Below, piece by piece: positions 1 through 13,053 of a stretch of DNA of 64,000 nucleotides (position 1 is its first letter; each line of letters begins with the position of its first letter). The stretch lies in assembly GCA_951406725.2 (NCBI GenBank), contig OX597823.1, forward strand, positions 67,828,001 to 67,892,000. The letters run 5' to 3'. Below the pieces are notes generated by a model. That model was not told the DNA's origin. It worked only from the letters and a program-made list of their open reading frames with translations, and searched no databases. This DNA is from Octopus vulgaris (lineage: Eukaryota). A program made the translations under genes and the position numbers.

Positions 1-952
1 AGCAATTCAATCATCATTGAATGACATTATCCACAATATGTACATATATGACTAAATATTAAAATTATCAAAATTAATACGTACAATTCTTATTCCAAAT
101 TATCAAAATTAATATCTTCAATTCTTATTACACATCATACACTTTACATTATCTAAACTTTTAATCTTAATTGTTTCTAAAACTCAATTTTAAGAATGAT
201 AGTATAATGAATATACATTACTTGTATTGTAATTATAAAAGTAATAAAAAATTAAATTTTTACTGATTTTTACTAATTTTACTGACTTTCACTTATTTCG
301 AAATATTTTAAAATATTTAAAAATTATATGTTGAGTAATTTAGTTTACCTATTTGCTGACCTAGAAATTTATTATTTATGAAAGTTAATATAAAAATTAA
401 TTAGATTAACCAGAAAAAAATCAAAAAGACTATTCCCATCATACATTCACTTCTGACTTCTCCTGATTTATTATCATTATAAATAATAGAAAATACCTTT
501 TAAGAACATTTAAATGTTAATAAGAACTATCTCCCCTACAAAGTAGCTCTCAGTGTTGTATTATACAATTGCTGGTAGCCATGTTTAATTCACAGAGAGA
601 AAATTACCATACAGATAAATTAACATTTCTTTTTACTAACATTTCTTTTTCCTATTTTTATTCCACATTTCTGTTCATTATTTACTAAAGTAAAATTATT
701 CCAACAATTTCTAGTTATATAATTTTAGTTTGTCATGTCTTAATATACGAGGAAAATAGTAAAATAAGTTCAATTAAGATAGACCTGAAGATTGGCAATA
801 TATTCGTTTTGTATATGATTTGTAATAAGATATGAAGGTATTAATTTTGATCATTTGGAATAAGAATTGTAGGTATTAATTTTGATCATTTTAATATTTA
901 GTCCTATATGTACATATTGTGGATAATGTCATTCAATGATGATTGAGTTGCT
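1..952. repeat. Long AT-rich inverted repeat (arms about 1-140 and 811-952), probably Penelope-like pLTR remnants
   Basis: agcaattcaatcatcattgaatgacattatccacaatatgtacatata... at 1 is the reverse complement of ...tatatgtacatattgtggataatgtcattcaatgatgattgagttgct ending at 952, with few mismatches. It may extend beyond the window start. Confidence 0.8.
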
Positions 953-1419
953 TGAGGGTGATTCTGTCTCTTAAACCTATCTATTTATATATATATATAT
1001 AATACAGTGAGTAATTCCTTTTAGTACCACTAAATTGAACTTCTTTCCCCTCTGGACTTGGAAATAACTTCCCTAATATTAATATTACATATATATATAT
1101 ATATATATTCATGTATGTATATGTGTATATATGTGTGTGTGTATATATATAATTTTATATATAATTAATAGTTTAAAGAAAACAGAGAATACACAGAATA
1201 TTCACTTTTTAATAATTGTGCAGTCATATTAAGTTCTTCCACTCAGATAATATATCTCCATAGACAAAATATCTTCTGGAAGAAAGTTGCAAACAGGCCT
1301 GTATATATATATATATATGTATCAACCAGAATATTAGATATTGTTATTCACTACTAGTCGCACTGCACTTTCTTGTAATTAGTTAGGCGATTACTCTCTC
1401 TGTAACTTACATGAATGTG

Positions 1420-1730
1420 TTACCTTTGTAGCATTTGACTATAATGCTGCTACACCAGTCATTGGGTATGACTCTCTTGGGCACAACCTGATTGACTATA
1501 CAATTTATGAGACCATAACCTACACTGCCAAATTTTTTAAGCATCTCATGGGTGAATCCTGATGGGCCAAGGGCTTTTTCATCTTCATATCCTTCATGGC
1601 TATATCTACCAAGCTACTGTCTATTCAGATAGTTGGTCTCTCTGTTGGATTCACCTTAGGCAGACTCTCCTCACATGTGTTGTCAACATTTAGGAGCTTT
1701 TCATAGTGGCACTTCCAAGTCTCTTTCTTA
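1420..1730 (-). mobile_element. RTE-type LINE fragment (RT N-terminal region), decayed
   Basis: Homologous by eye to 58700-58915 (ttttgtagcacttgactatg...gtcattaggtatgactc...ttaagcatctc). Confidence 0.6.
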
Positions 1731-1787
1731 GAAGAGTCATGCATACACACACACACACACACACACACTCACACACACACACACACA

Positions 1788-2182
1788 CATGGCTCTGTGG
1801 TAAGAAACTTGCTTCCCAACCACATGGTTCCAGGTTCAGTCCCACTGCATGGCACCTTGGGCGAATGTCTTCTATTACAGGCTCAGGCCAACCAAAACCT
1901 TGTGAGTCGTTTTGGTAGATGGAAACTGAATGAAGCCAGTAGTTTATGTGTGTGTGTATATATATTTGTGTTTTTGTGTCTGTGTTTATCCCCTCCACCA
2001 TCGCTTGACAACCGATATTGGTGTGTTTATGTCCCCATAACTTAGCAGGTCAGCAGAAGAAACCAATGAAATAAGTACCAGGCATACAAAGAATAAATCC
2101 AGGGTTTGATTTGTTTGACTAAAAAGCAGTGCTCCATCATGGCCACAGTCAAAATGACTGAAACAAGTAAAAGTGTAAAAGA
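1788..2182 (+). mobile_element. tRNA-derived SINE, family A (octopus OR/CORE-like)
   Basis: Pol III A/B-box-like head (tggctctgtgg...ggttcagtcc), CORE-like gcaccttgggc, internal microsatellite, 3' end aaatgactgaaacaagtaaaag. About 20 copies or fragments in the window. Confidence 0.8.
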
Positions 2183-2184
2183 AA

Positions 2185-2216
<32 letters not shown>

Positions 2217-5131
2217 GAATGTATAGACAGATAGATATCTAAATGTAATAGGAGTGCATATATACAAATATATATATATATATGTGTGTGTATGTGTTTG
2301 TGTGTGAGTTAGAGAATGGTGTACTAAAGAAATTTGGGATGGAAAAAACATTATTTAAATCAGATTCAGAAATATTACGATTTCTATAGATTATGAAATA
2401 TCTATGATGTATGAAAACTGTGAACACCTGCATGCTTTAGCTTTATATCTAATATAATACTTACCTCTAACATGAAGTTGTTTGTATGTTAAAAGAAAAC
2501 GGTAATCCCACAAAAAATGCATTCAGTATTTGATGTAGTAGAAGTTTTCTGAACATGATATATGTAAAATTGCTTGGTTTGGTGGATGATAGTTAAGATA
2601 GTACCATTGTATGGACTCTGGATTGAAAATAATGTAGCTTGTGTTTTTCACAAGTAGTGTTTTATTCTGTAGATTTTCCTGGTCAGAATTGAAACATCAA
2701 TCAATAACGATAGAAAAAGAAGTCACCCATTGATAAATACATTGATTAAGAAAAGTTGAGAAATTTACTTTATTCATTTATTACAAATTTTTTGTTTGTT
2801 TTTGTAATATGAAAATGAAAGAACCACATACAATATTGCACACAGAGAAAGGGTTGCACTAGCATAAATACATTTCAGTCTTCTATGTTCTGAGTTCAAA
2901 TATTGTTAGTATCAACTTTTCCTCTCTGTCTGATAAGGTCAATATAAACGACTACCATCAATATACTGGTATTATTATTGTTGTTGTTTAGTCCCCAGTA
3001 CCGACCCAGATTCAGTACATTTGTGTTTAAAAGCATTCTAGCCTCAATCAGGAGTCCTTTTTTTCTTTAGGCACAGTGCATCTAGCGGAACTGCATTATT
3101 CTATGTGTCCATTTTCTTGAGATGGTAATATGATTTGAGGTAGATTTGGTTTCTATCTCTGGCAGGATGTGTGACAACGTACAAGACCCCATTGATGTAA
3201 CTGTGGAGTGTTTTTAGGTCCACACTTTCCAGTGCGTTGCCTTTCTTTCTCTTAAAAATGCACAGTGTAATATCAAAGGAATTTAGCTGTTATTTGTATC
3301 AGCTCAAGCAACCACATTGAGATAACATATCAATGCAACTGACTGTATCCTTCTGCACCATCTCAATAAAGACTGGCTTTGTCGTTATCAAAATGAACAA
3401 ATATAGTACATAACTAAATATACATATGTGTGTATGTACACATAAAAGAAGTAAAAAGCTTAGTTGACCCAGATATATTAGGTTCAATATCATGGTGTTA
3501 CATTGTGTACAGGACACCCTACAATGTATTCTATTAACTCAAATTAAGATATGTTGCACAGATCATCCAAGAATTTGACATGTGGTGGTCTTATACAATA
3601 AGTCATTTATTTCATCTCTGTTTAAATACCATATACAATGAAGCTAATTACTGCTTCAAAAAAAAGAACAGCTTTTTTTAAGAAACATTTACATATATAT
3701 ATATATAGCTAATGCTTACATATGGGTGTGGTTAAGATAGTTGCTTTCTAACCATGTGCTTCTGGGTTCAATCCTCTTTGTGGTATCATGGGAAATATTT
3801 TCTACTGTAACTTTGTCGATTAATGACTGTCTTGCAAGAAGAATTTGTCGGCTGGGCATTATGTTGAATCTTGTTTTATATATATATCTTTTACCTTCTA
3901 CTTCATTCAGTCATTGGACTGCAGCATGCTGGGGCACTGTCACTGCCTTGAAGGGTTTAGATGAACCCAGTACATATTCTTTTAAAGCCTGGTCTCTTTT
4001 GCTGAACTGCTGTGAGCACATAGGACATGTCCATCTTATCAGATGTTTGAAAATCTGAAGGACATGATGAACATATCCCATGCGCCCACAAACCTTTAAG
4101 TCAGGTGGAGCTGAGTCAAACCTGTTATTAAATATATATCTCTGTGTGTATGTGTGTAAGTGTTTCTGTGCATGTGCGTGCATGTTTCAATGTTTGTGCG
4201 TGTACATTTGTGTGTGTGTGTATGCATGTGTGTATGTGTGTGTTGGTGTATGGTGTATTTCTGTTTACACATAAGGTGAATGAATTGGCAGTATCATTAG
4301 AGTATTAGTAAGAATGCCTTGCACTTTATACTCCAGCATTCTGCACTCTGATTTCATATCCCACTGAGCTCAAATTTACCTATCACCCCTCTGAGTGGGT
4401 GATGGGCTTAATAAACAAAATACCAGTGAAGAACAGGGATGGATTTCTCATCTCATCTCACCTAATCTCTCTCTCTCTCTCACTCACACACACACAGAAG
4501 TGACTATGTGAGGAGGGATATTAAAAGAGAATTCATTCTGTGGCCCCTATTTATCCTTATGCCACCAGCACTGTTGACTCAAGAAAGAAACATAGAAAGT
4601 ATACAAACACATTAATAGATGGGTAACAGAATTAATAGAACATAGAATAAAATACGTAATTTGATTGTATGCCATTGCATTGTGAGTTCAAATTTAATTT
4701 GGGTCAGGTTTGTTGTTCATTATTTGAAAATTGGTAAAAGAAGAACCAGAAAAAATACTGGGGGTCGGATGGGATGGGAATATAATTGACTGTAATCTCC
4801 AGCATGGCCTCAATCTAAGAACTCCTTCGTATGTTACATGTACAAATTCTATAACTTTTAGAAATTAATATGCTGAATGTAATAAAGCTTATATTGGGTC
4901 TTTATGTATTTAGATGGTTAGATATGTAGTTGAGGGGAGTAAAGTTGAGAAGGTAAAAATGGGGGAAGCTGACAAAATAGCAGGAGAGGCGAAAGACAAG
5001 TAGGAATGGATGGACAAGTGGAGGGGAGTGAGACTTGAGAGGAGGTTGGATCAATGATAATGTGAAGGAGTTGGAGTGGAGGTGACAGTGGTTGTGGAGA
5101 CAGTAGTCATGGAGTGTTGGAGGCTGAGACA

Positions 5132-5301
5132 CACTAGCATAGCTAGAGGGTGCAGAGACGGTGGTCTTCCCCGAGCAGCACTTTTATGGGGGTGGCACCA
5201 CTTTTGGATCTGCTGTAGGCAGTATGTAATTTTAGTAGGGGCCTGGGGTCAGCAAAATGAAGGGCCACCCCAGGCAGCACCACACTCTAGCTACGTTAGT
5301 G
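5132..5301. mobile_element. hAT-type MITE
   Basis: TIRs cactagcatagctagag / ctctagctacgttagtg; imperfect 8-bp TSD ctgagaca / ctaaggca. Inserted in a GA-rich tract (about 4900-5460). Confidence 0.55.
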
Positions 5302-5658
5302 CTAAGGCAGAAATAGTTGAGGTGTGTTGAAGACTAGATATAATAGAAGAGTGGAAGTTAGGGTTGAGACAGTTGCACTGGAGTGGAGAAGAGGCGATGA
5401 AGCAGTACTTAGTGGAGTGGAGGTCAGAGAAGGTCTGTAGCTGTAAATCACTAGACAGAAATATCTTATTGTATTTACATCTTGACACTTTATATTAAAT
5501 TCTGGGTTGAAATATTGCCAGAGATGAATCTAGCTTCATCTTCCTCATGGGTTGGAAGAAAGAGACAAAGAAAAGGATGGAGTCAGTCAAATCAGTTTTG
5601 TGCCAAAGACTAAAATCAATAGCAGAATATGCAAGTATGTATGTAAATATATGTAAGC

Positions 5659-5692
<34 letters not shown>

Positions 5693-5834
5693 ATACACAT
5701 TCATATATGTAAAAAGATGAATAAATCTACCTACCTATCTATCTATCCCCGGTCGAACCGTTCAACCCATGCTAGCATGGAGAACAGACGTTAAACGATG
5801 ATGATGATATATATATATATATATATATATATAT

Positions 5835-6480
5835 GGATATCCTGCCTTCAAATACAGAAGTAATGAAGTGGAGCAATCAGATAATCTTGAGTGCCCACAC
5901 TGCTAGGGTAAACAGACAATGGAACATGTTCTGAGATCTTGAAGAGTACAACTAACCCAAGGAAGATATACATAGAGGCACAATCAAGTGTTTAAGGAGT
6001 TTGCACATGTAATAAGTATGGCAAAAGTAAAATCCTTTCTACCAGAATCTCCAACATTTTACATGGCAGGATGCAACACATCATGGCTAGGAACAGGTAT
6101 GCCATAAAGAGCATGGGTATGAAGTCTTTTGGGTGGTGCAGATGACTGGGAGTTTTTAGCAAACCTCCTTGGATCAACAAAACAACCAGAAAGCATCAGG
6201 ATTGATATTTTACTCTACTCCTGTTCATCAAAGCAAGTGACTTTGAGTGAACTCACCATGCCATTTGAAAATAGAATAGAAGCATGAGTTTATGACAGAA
6301 AAATACACCAGTCTGATCGACAGCTTGAGGGAAACCAGCTTCTGGGCCAGAGCCAGAGGTTTTGTGGGCAAATCTCCTTATGATGAAGCGTCTGGGAAGA
6401 ACAGGACCAAAGCCCTAAAGACAATATCAAAGACAGTGGAGAGGTGTTCCAGCTGGATCAGATTGAGGAGGAACAAAAAC
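5835..6480 (+). mobile_element. Non-LTR retrotransposon fragment with restriction-like endonuclease (HERO/NeSL-like), pseudogenised
   Basis: Translates with stops as ECPHC*GKQTMEHVLRS...GRYT*RHNQV (CCHC knuckle plus RHN motif), then ELTMPFE...KYTSL...ARGFVGKS. This is the typical C-terminus of RLE-bearing LINEs. Confidence 0.65.
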
Positions 6481-6840
6481 AAGCTCCATGTTTTGAAGTC
6501 AATATTTTTTTATTGTAACACAAAGAGAATTAACTCTGAGCAAGTCATTGTGGTAGTGTTGATATTTAACCTCTACAATGACAAACAATGTCATTTGTTA
6601 TTTAAGTATAAGTTTGAAAGCGGAGAGGAGCTCCAACTAGATGAAATCTCCAAGCTGTTTAAATGCACAAGTCTCCGATAGCAGAGTAGCTAAAAAGTGT
6701 CAGCAGAAGGGCACCTGGGAGTCATAACCAGGATGTGGCCTGGTCCCTTTAGAGTGTAAGAAGGGCTGAAACACTTGCCTGGGTGGGCTTTCTTCTCGGA
6801 GGACATACTGTTCAGCTCCCTTGAGAGTTTCTCACCACCA

Positions 6841-6995
6841 TGCATGCATACATACATACATACATACACACACACATGCATACATACATACATACATACA
6901 TACATGCATGCATACATACATACATGTATACATGCATGCATACATACATACATGTATGCATGCATGCATATATACACACATGTATGCATGCATAT
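6841..6995. repeat. (CATA)n/(TGCA)n compound microsatellite
   Basis: Seen directly; it produces the HTYI/MYVC pseudo-ORFs. Confidence 0.9.
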
Positions 6996-7483
6996 CAGCA
7001 CACATAAATATAGTCACACACGTATATATATCCATATATATACATCACAGTATCAACCAAACACAATGCACCACTCAGTCCAGGAATCAAGCCATGATCT
7101 AACAAGTGTGAGTGCAACACCCAGACCACCAGGCCATGTACCTTCACTATGTATGTATGTATGTATGTATGTATGTATGTATGTATGTATGTATGTATGC
7201 ATGCATGCATGTATGTATGTATGTATGCATGCATGTATGTATGCATGCATACATACATACATACATGCATGCATACATACATACATACATACATGCATGC
7301 ATGCATACATACATACATACATACATACATAGTGAAGGTACATGGCCTGGTGGTCTGGGTGTTGCACTCTCACTTGTTAGATCATGGCTTGATTCCTGGA
7401 CTGGGTGGTGCATTGTGTTTGGCTGATACTGTGATGTATATATATGGATATATATACGTGTGTGACTATATTTATGTGTGCTG
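6996..7483. repeat. Near-perfect ~490-bp palindrome
   Basis: Arms 6996-7150 and 7329-7483 are reverse complements with 3 mismatches by eye. The spacer is (TATG)n switching to (CATA)n and is itself largely self-complementary. Confidence 0.95.
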
Positions 7484-9607
7484 TGTGTAAATATATGATA
7501 GACTGTAACATATAAACAATCCCTCTTTTACAAAAGTATTGGTACATATCCAGTTGCTTTTTCCCTGCTCTTTTTAATCCAACAGAAATATTTTCGGAAG
7601 GGTGGAGGGAATAAGAAGGATGACAATAATGGTTCCTTAAAGGAAACAACAACAGCCTAATAGTGAAATAAAGTAACTGTTATTAAAGGGTGAATGTGTG
7701 AATTTGTCGGTCTCAACTTTACCAGGAGAATTTGCATGAGGGATTGATAATTCAGAAGTAGTGAAAAGTGAAAAATCTATTATTTTATTCTATTACACAT
7801 TATCTTAATTCATTCTGGACAACATGCATAGTTATTTGCACCTGATAGACTGATATTGAATTAATAAAAGACATGGTCAAGCTTTTGGACTACAGATGTG
7901 GTCTCTCCCTCATCTCTCTGTTTTTTTCTATCACTACTGCAATAGCCTTTGTTCCTTGAAGCTGGCTGATCTTGGACCTCTCTAAACAGGCCTCTCCATC
8001 CCACTCATCTCTCTATCTCTTATCTTTGTTGCCTCCAAGCCCCCTTCTGGTCCTGCACTAAGCACTATCCTCTCTCCTTCATCCCACTGAAATCTCTCTG
8101 CTCATGTTTTAGCTACAGGCATTGACCTACAACAATTTAAAAGGGACATTTGTCATATTAAGCTCACTGGTCTTGGAGGACTTTCAAAGGTTACAAGCAC
8201 TGCTTCATCCTCCAGGCCATATAAAAAAAAGAAAAACTTACCACCAAAGCGATGATATTTTTCCTATCTCCTTCGCTCCCAGATGAATAGCAAGAGACCC
8301 AAATGTTACATTAATTGCTCACATCTCATGACAATGGAAAATTGTCAAACAAGCCTACAAACTTCCAGAAACTATCTTATAGATTAATAGTTGCTGATAT
8401 AGACCATCATTGGTTTTCCTTGTATTCTGGATATTACCTTAATTTAATAAGAACATACATATTGCTATGTTTGCATTGATCATAATCCTGGACATGTTAG
8501 CATACATAGTACAATTGTTTGAGCACACTGATTAATTCATGTGCCTCTCATGTTTGCTAACTGAGAAATAACTATTGCTTTCAGCTTAATGATTTGATAT
8601 ATCTGGACAGCACCCTGATCTAGCAGTTGTTGTTTAGATTAAAAATTATTGATTATTTTTTTTAAACAAGTCATCCCCTCCACCCCACATTTGTGAAAAT
8701 ACAATGCAACACTCAGTTGTTCCAAATCATCTTTATAGGATTGATTTAACTAGATGTGAGCTATAATCTTTCATATTTATTCTCCAGTAATTTCAGTTTA
8801 CTGATTTCAGTAATAATAGGATAGCTAAGCCAAATTTCTGTTCATAATCTCATAATATTACAGTTAATAATTGCAAAATCAAGAAAACATGGCATAGTCA
8901 TTTGACTTGCTAGAAATATCAGTCAAATTTCTTTTTAATCACACCTTACTGCTTCAAAGCAAAAATCTATTAATGTAGTATTGGATGCACTGTAACTAAC
9001 AAAATGATGGGTTGATTATGGCTGGAATGGTTTTGATGATGGGGTCACTTGACCAAAGAACAACACCTAAGCCAAAAGAACAGCACCAATTGCTATTATT
9101 AATCTCATAGCACTTTTGACAATTCCAGTAATGTTAAAATAAGGTCTAACACTGTTGGAGTTGTCAGTGTTAGGTAGAATGATTTGTAGTATTTGTGCTG
9201 ACTCTCTGCCCTATGAGTTCAAATACCACAGAAGTGATCTGTGCCTTTCATCTTTTCATAGGCAGATGAAAAGTACCATTCTAGGGTAGTAGATTGTTAG
9301 AGGGTCAGGAAAGATGCCTTGTGGCATCTGTTCTGGCTTTCTGCATTCTGAGAGCAATGCCTGTGATGACACTGGTACAAAGTTGCATTGGCATTAAGGC
9401 TGAAGTCTTTCCCTTAGATTAACATTGGTGGTGTGGTGAAGGGACGCTTACATGCATGGGTTACTGTCAGTCTTCCTCAAAGAAAAAAAACCTTGTGCAG
9501 TCCTGCAAATACATGCACAGATGTATGGTTAGCCCTAAATGTTGGAGGCCCAAGAAGTTAATATATCAGATGCATCTATATTCCTCATTGATACATTTGT
9601 GTTAGTT

Positions 9608-9953
9608 ACCAGTGTATAAGATGCACTTTCACTTTCCACTAACTTGCAAGGCTAGATGGTGGTATTAAATGGGGTGACAGATCAAGTCTGTTATACAGGA
9701 ATAAGTACAGTCCATTTGCCCAAATTAATTCACAAGAATTCATGGGCTATGGTAGAAAATATAGTGGGATTGAAGCAGGAACCTCGTGATTTGTGAAACA
9801 AAAAAAAGTATATTTTGTTGAAAAAATAAATTTAATATGATTCCTCATACATTTGGTATCCCATCCATAAAACCGCCATATTAGAAGCAAGACAAATTTT
9901 TTGCTGTATTTAAGAGTTAAATAAGTGCATCTGATACACCAGTGTATATGGTA
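9608..9953. mobile_element. Tc1/pogo-type MITE remnant carrying a 156-bp internal insertion
   Basis: Inverted ends ccagtgtataagatgcactt (about 9609) / aagtgcatctgatacaccagtgtatatggta (about 9923-9953). Confidence 0.45.
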
Positions 9954-10415
9954 CATTAAACAGCAGAAGTTTTTGCTGAACACTCACTACTTCACTTACA
10001 TGCACAATAGAAATTCCAGCAGGACATCAACTGCTTTAGTTAGAATACATTTCACTTCAATAACTACTACTTTAGTGACATTGAAGTACAGAAGTTTCAC
10101 CTGAACATCATTACTTACAATTGTACTTAATGAAAGACGTGTTCCATTTAGACATCAGTGGTTTTAATTTCATTGAATGGTAGAATTTTCAGCTGAACAT
10201 AAACCTTATTACTTTGAGCAAAAGAAATTCCAGTAGAATATTATCTGCTTTAGTTACTCTGAACAGTAAAAACTTGAAGCTGATCATTTAATACTTTAAT
10301 TACATTGAGCAGTAGAATTACCTCTGAATATCCAATGGAACTTTTGATATTCACTGAATATCAGAAGTTTCAGTTAAATGTTAATAATTATAATTACATT
10401 GGATATTGAATTTCT
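9952..10415. repeat. Highly diverged ~45-bp tandem repeat, about 10 units
   Basis: Recurring consensus tacattgaacagtagaa(a/g)tttcagctgaacatcaactgctttaat. Confidence 0.75.
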
Positions 10416-10849
10416 CAAACGTTGGTTCTCACAATCAGTGAGGATCTTTCTTGGTGAAAGTACATCCTTAACTTAGCCAGGACCACATCCCAGTGACTGT
10501 TGGTTCTCTTCAGGGCTAGACAATACTTTAGTACCTACAATTCTTAACACTCTACAAAGCTCAGATGAGGCCCACAAAGGAGGAACTTACTCTTACATCT
10601 GGAGCAATGCTGCTGCTGCACATTCAGACAGTAAGACTGTGAGCAAGAGGCTGGAGCATGTTTGCAAATGACAATCAATCAGGCAACCCCTTTGTGGATG
10701 TGGTCTAGGATATGTGTATATTGAAGCCGTCTCAGTCATTGAATTGATACACTAGTTGAGTTAAGGTTGTGCTTTCAGCAGAAGAGGTCCAAGATGACAA
10801 TGAGAGCCAACATTTGGATATCTCTGCTATATGTTTGTATTATTATTTA

Positions 10850-11056
10850 GGTAGTGAGCTGGCAGAATCATTAGCATGCTGGGCAAAATGCTAAGTAAAA
10901 TTTTGTCCATTTCTCTATTCTGAGTTCAAATTCTGCCAAACTCAACTTTACCTTTCATCCTTTTGGGGTCAATAAAATAAGTACCTGTCATGCTCTGTGG
11001 TCGATGTAATCAGCTTTCCTGCCCCAAACTCGCTGGCTTTGTGCCAAAATTTGAAA
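10850..11056 (+). mobile_element. tRNA-derived SINE, family B (Nin-domain-like)
   Basis: gagctggcagaatcattagc...gagttcaaattc...actttacctttcatccttttggggtcaataaaataagtacc...gtgccaaaatttgaa plus (AAT)n tail. Further copies near 13725-14615, 18105, 18725, 37195, 45500, 49680, 50865, 53960, 59018. Confidence 0.75.
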
Positions 11057-11529
11057 TAATAATAATTATTATTATTGTTGTTGTTGTTGTTATTATGCAA
11101 TCCCATGAGAGAAGTCCAGTATTTTCAAATCTAAACTAATCATTTCTCATATGATTTTTTTCCTTTTATTTTAAATATGTGTATGACTTTATCACATGAG
11201 AAAGTGTAATATATAAGACCATTTTGTAGACCTTCTGAGATTGTTGGTGGAAACAAAGGAAAAAACAATGATTTATTTGTAGATTAAAGACCTTGTAGCC
11301 CAGTTTAACACCACTAACTTGCAAGGCTAGATGGTGGTATTAAATGGGGTGACAGATTAAGTCTGTTATACAGGAATAAGTACAGTCCATTTGCCCAAAT
11401 TAATTCACAAGAATTCATGGGCTATGGTAGAAAATATAGTGGGATTGAAGCAGGAACCTCGTGATTAGGAGCTAACTTTTTAACCACACAGCCATACCTT
11501 ATCCAACCTTTACCAGAGGTACCTAGCAG

Positions 11530-12873
11530 CATGTTAGCATTCATTCACATTATATAACCCCACAAAAGTGTAGCTAACTGAATGGTTAATATTTCTTCTG
11601 TAAAACCTGATGTAGAATGTATTTCAATTACATATATAATTCTATTCAAATTCTTAATTTCCCCCATTACATTAGAAATTGATCAAAGATAACCTTTAGA
11701 TCATTTTCCTTAAGTTATTATTGCTTGTTCTTCGGTGATTGATCTGGAAGCTAAATGATGGTGAAAATATTACCAAAGTACTTGTTCAATAAAGCTTCTT
11801 CTCTCAATGATATATTGGTTTATTTCTCTTGAAATATTTATGTATTCATGTTTGCCATCCTTCTCTTCTCTCACTTCAATATAATTATTCAGTTTAGCTT
11901 TTAAGAGTGTACAATAGAGAACTGCATTATATAATGTTTTAGCAATAAATTATGAAATTAGATTTACCCAGAGATAATGAAGGAATATAAATTAACTTAT
12001 TACTGTAGCTTGATACAATGAGATTGTAAAACTAACTTCATAAATGATTCAGGCCATTTTAAACTGGACTCTTTATCAATTCTGTAACAGGATTATTTAT
12101 GTAAGTTTTCTGTCATTCTGTTAGAATTTGGATACTTTTCTTACAGCTGTTCTGTTTTTTTTTTTAATGAATTTAATTTTGAATGAAAAAAAACCCTTTA
12201 GAATTTGACACCAGAAGTTTTTTGTTATTTATTTATATATTTATGTTTTGCAATGACAGTTTTCTCATTTCTCTCATAGTTTGTCTTTGCATCGGTGTCT
12301 GAACATTAGAGTTTAGAGTCAAATTGTTCCAGTTTATTTTAAATATGATATGTTTCAATTGTTATAAAGAATGTATGATTTAGCACAATAAAATAAAAAT
12401 ATATATTAAAAAAGGTAAAATGAACTTGTGACTGGGATTTTGTCTTGTAAACTAACTATAAATATTGCAAATTCATCCTTGCTTAAGGCACTTTATTTTA
12501 TTTTGTATCAGCCAAATATATTGTGCAAAATAGGCACCTCCTGCAAGGACTACACATTAGACTTTGCCTACAAATGAGTTTCACAGACAGAGGGACATAA
12601 CATTTTGTGTTTCTACTTTGTATGACAGATGAAATGCAGTTTGTATCAGGTAAATCAGTGGTTTAATACACAGATATGATACTTTTTCTCTAGCCAAAAT
12701 ATTGTACAATAGAAATAATGATAGAAAACACAGTGTATCTTTTTTTGCTAAATTTATTTTAAAAAGGTTTTCCTCCCAAATGAAAATTATGTAATAATGC
12801 GTTGTGTTGTTGATGCTCATATATATATATGTATTTACATATATATAGTATATGTATTTTTTCTTTCTTTTTT
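11530..12873 (-). other. Probable 3' UTR of the MPP7-like gene
   Basis: About 1.3 kb of AT-rich sequence free of recognisable SINEs directly after the stop. Several minus-strand AATAAA hexamers (plus-strand tttatt near 12492, 12333, 12228, 11819). The actual end is unknown. Confidence 0.45.
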
Positions 12874-13053
12874 TTAATATTGGACCCAGTTTGCTGGGAC
12901 ATACAAAGGTTCTTTTCCCACTAGTTCCACTATATGAATCAGATCTTTTACTGCTTGCTCTATTGGCCCATTGACAATAGTTTTGTCAAAGAAGTGACCG
13001 TAACGAATAACCATTGTTTTGGATGTGTTGATCATCTTTTGAAGTTCTTCATC
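12874..13053 (-). CDS. MPP7: MPP7-like terminal coding exon (GK domain C-terminus)
   Basis: Acceptor tttgtttttccag|GAT, phase 0; DEELQKM...EPLYVPANWVQY then TAA at 12874-12876. Confidence 0.93.
   Translation of the reverse strand, partial: DEELQKMINTSKTMVIRYGHFFDKTIVNGPIEQAVKDLIHIVELVGKEPLYVPANWVQY

Larger units (their letters stand above)
9636..11466 (+). repeat. 156-bp direct duplication (9636-9791 = 11311-11466)
   Basis: ccactaacttgcaagg...gaacctcgtgatt occurs twice; one mismatch seen (gatcaag/gattaag). Confidence 0.95.

Noticed and set aside
1690-2351. Recurring 'IHSQGFG..EDTCPRCHAVGLNPEPC' ORFs
   Set aside because: They are translations of the family A SINE and recur wherever the SINE occurs.
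6690-7490. Stack of long ORFs rich in HTYI/MYVC (also at 38961-39474 and many shorter ones)
   Set aside because: They are translations of (CATA)n/(TATG)n/(CA)n microsatellites that lack stop codons; no coding signal.
9952-10415. Possible CRISPR-like array
   Set aside because: The units are tandem and diverged, with no identical repeat and unique spacer alternation; eukaryotic context and no cas genes.
10420-10830. Possible additional retroelement fragment (also about 7890-8460)
   Set aside because: GC content is slightly raised, but I could not read convincing motifs.
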